In this document: positions 61,592-64,000 of the stretch, piece after piece | How positions within the stretch are numbered: position 1 is the stretch's first letter | How the letters are laid out: each line of letters starts with the position of its first letter | Origin: Tricharina praecox | Lineage: Eukaryota | Length of the DNA stretch: 64,000 bases | Assembly (NCBI RefSeq): GCF_024521635.1 | Contig: NW_026250414.1 | Location: 434,001-498,000, forward strand | Reading direction: 5' to 3' | Program-made: the position numbers and the translations under genes | Notes under the pieces: model-generated | What the model saw: the letters and a program-made list of their open reading frames with translations, nothing else | The model's database searches: none | What the model was told of the DNA's origin: nothing

Positions 61592-62582
61592 ATGTCGGAC
61601 GCTGCCCGGCGACGCCGTTCCAGCTCGATAATATATACGGAACCCCCGGAGACCATTGAGCAACGGTCCGATCAAGCCGCGCTTCCCAACCTGAACGCGA
61701 GCTGGGTCAACTCCAAAGGTACGCTGTGCTGCAGTCGGTGGTGCTGGTGGCTGGGGGTGACCGCGCGGGCGTACTGGCGTGCTGTCGTACCATAACTCGC
61801 CCCCGGTGTTGGTTGTCGCCATGTCGTTCCAGAGGAGGGGGCTCATGTGGCTAACATTATGTGTGTACAACCGTATAGGTGCCTGGACTATCCACATTGT
61901 CATCATCGTATGCCTCAAGATCTTTTACGACTCGGTTCCGGGAGTATCACAGGAGACGAGTTGGACGCTGACCAACATCTCCTATATGTTTGTACGTGGC
62001 ACACGATCTCCTGCCGTCTTCCCGACGCCCCCGCGAATGAATCATGGCTGATAGCAGGCCTAGGGTTCGTACATCATGTTCCACTGGGTTCACGGAATAC
62101 CATTCGAGTTCAACGCCGGAGCGTACGACAACCAGAACATGTGGGAGCAGATTGATAACGGTGACCAATACACGCCGACAAAGAAGTTCCTTCTGTCGGT
62201 CCCAATAGTATTGTAGGTTTCATCCGGTGCCATATGTGCGCGCGCCTATGAAAAGACATGCAGCTGACGGGATAACGTGTTGCCGCGCAGATTCTTGATG
62301 AGCACGCATTACACACATTACGACCTCACGTACTTCACCATTAACTGTCTGGCCGTCCTAGGAGTTGTGATTCCGAAATTGCCATGGGTTCGTGCACCCT
62401 CCTGCCCCCACCCCCAAGCCACGCGCTCAAGCCACCTATGCTGCTTTTGTGGCGTTAGCACGTGATCGCTTGTTTCCACTTCACCGATCATCACTCTTTA
62501 ATTCCCTTTTTCGGTCGCACACTGACACTGCGAATAGACCCACCGTATGCGCATCGGCCTCTTCTCAGATCCGGAAGAGTAA
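61592..62582 (+). CDS. ORM1: ORMDL-family sphingolipid homeostasis protein Orm1, multi-exon
   Basis: RRRRSSSI phosphosite; DQAALPNLNASWVNSKGAW; SWTLTN; MFHWVHGIPF; MWEQIDNGDQYTPTKKFL; IPKLPWTHRMRIG; stop at 62580-62582. Confidence 0.96.
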
Positions 62583-64000
62583 TGTATTCGGCCGAGGTCT
62601 GATTTTCCTACAGTGTTCTTTTTGGCTTTGGCAGCAGGGGTAACAAGCGAAAGAAAAAATTCCCCGTTATTCTCATCTTCTCTAAAATCCGGCGTTTATT
62701 CTCTCTGAATCCCCCTCACTCCCTCAATGTGTGTTTGTGTGTGTGTCTGTGTGCATGTGATCTCCTTTTCTGCCTGCCTTTGTCTGTGTATGCCTGTGTT
62801 TGCTTCCCGTACCGTGCGTGTTTTGCTCGCTGTTTCTCTTTCGATTTCTTTTCCAACCACTCCTTAATACGTAACATTGATTGTAGTGCTTCCTTTTCGT
62901 CGTCTTGCGGGTGAAGATTGTTCGCCATTGTTCTGGCTTTTGCGTGTTTACCGGTATATCTTTTACATTTCTGTGCGGTGGCGGTGGTGGCGGTGGTGAT
63001 GGTGCTGGTGGTGGATTGTATACATACTTAGAGGGCGAACCGAGGGGATATGAGGATATTTGCGCGTTCTTTTAAATCGATTCGACGTGTTATGTAATGC
63101 CGTTTTCCTCATGTTGGATGGATGAAGGATGAAGGTGCAGAGTAGATTGCCGCCATAGACGCCGTACTCTAACTGCTCTACGGTCTGAAGTCTGGAAGGG
63201 AAGGGAAGGGACGGGCCGCGGGGCCGACTTGCCGGCTGGTAGCCTGGCAGGAGGCTGGGGGCTGGGAGTTTCACTTTCACGTGTGATCTCGACATAACAG
63301 GTGTATAGTACCAAGAGGTGGCTGGGATCAGCGACGGAGGAGGACTCAGGCCTGGGGTTCATAGAAATCACTCGGCTTCGCTTAGGTACGGTTTCTTTTG
63401 TAAAACTAAAACGAAATATCCTGAATCATTATTGCAGAATTCAAACGTCTGGTGCAAATGAAAATATGGTTATTGAACAGTGGAGCGGGGCTAATGCTGA
63501 TCAGTGATCAGAGGTGATTACCGATATATAGTGGCTCAATGCAGCGGGGTAAGTGTCAAGTGTAGAAATTATTCGGCGCCTTCTATCCACTCCTTACATC
63601 TGGTCGTGTAGTCTAGACTACTGTAGTCTTTGGTACGACGGAATGGAACGAATTGTCGGCTTTCAGATGCAATCCTACGGTCTACCAAGGAAGCAAACAG
63701 GTTATGGGACTGGACCGAAGTTGTCCTGGCCGCCCGGACTATGTAAAAGTTAAAACGCTGTGTTGGACAGGACTTCAGTCTCGGTTGTCACTCGTGAGCG
63801 GGCAAACTCGGATATATCACAGGTTAATCCAGGAGGACGGCGGGCCGGTTCGCATACATAGACTACCTAACTACCATTCTTCCAATTAGGATATCTTCAA
63901 AGAACTCCTTATGCTCGGCTTGAAGTACTAGTAGTTGAAGCATGATTGTCAAGCCTCATGTTTATCTGTGTGTGAACTCAGAAGCATGGAAATCTCTTTT

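Noticed and set aside
1-64000. tRNA, rRNA or snoRNA genes
   Set aside because: No convincing cloverleaf, T-loop, rRNA or box C/D signature seen by eye; tRNAscan-SE or Infernal would be needed to exclude them.

Overview
Eukaryotic DNA from a filamentous ascomycete. The basis is short GT-AG introns with CTRAC-type branch sites and a PTH11-like receptor; no finer taxonomy can be supported. A housekeeping backbone (fatty-aldehyde dehydrogenase, VMA12, UBC12, RTF1, COQ7, serine racemase-like, DUF4536, APM3, PAM17, Air1/2-like, ORM1) is interrupted by accessory segments. (1) At about 5.9-15.4 kb: a frameshifted ankyrin array capped by a hAT-type MITE, then a CYP65-like P450 transcribed divergently from an intronless trichodiene-synthase-family (TRI5-like) terpene cyclase, a candidate two-gene sesquiterpenoid cluster. 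(2) At 22.9-25.3 kb: a 774-aa fusion of a HeLo-like fungal STAND N-terminal domain, two degenerate Spa2-homology (GIT/SHD) repeats and a degenerate Ras-like GTPase without CAAX, a candidate integrated-decoy or polarity-surveillance protein. (3) At about 25.3-44.6 kb: a gene-poor tract with many short tandem duplications, degenerate coding fragments and one orphan acidic-tail gene. (4) At 50.4-56.0 kb: secreted/membrane genes around a nested transposon, a 792-bp hAT deletion derivative with a perfect 8-bp TSD inside a TA-bounded element with 81-bp perfect inverted repeats. All calls come from reading the sequence and recalling family motifs; no database searches were run.
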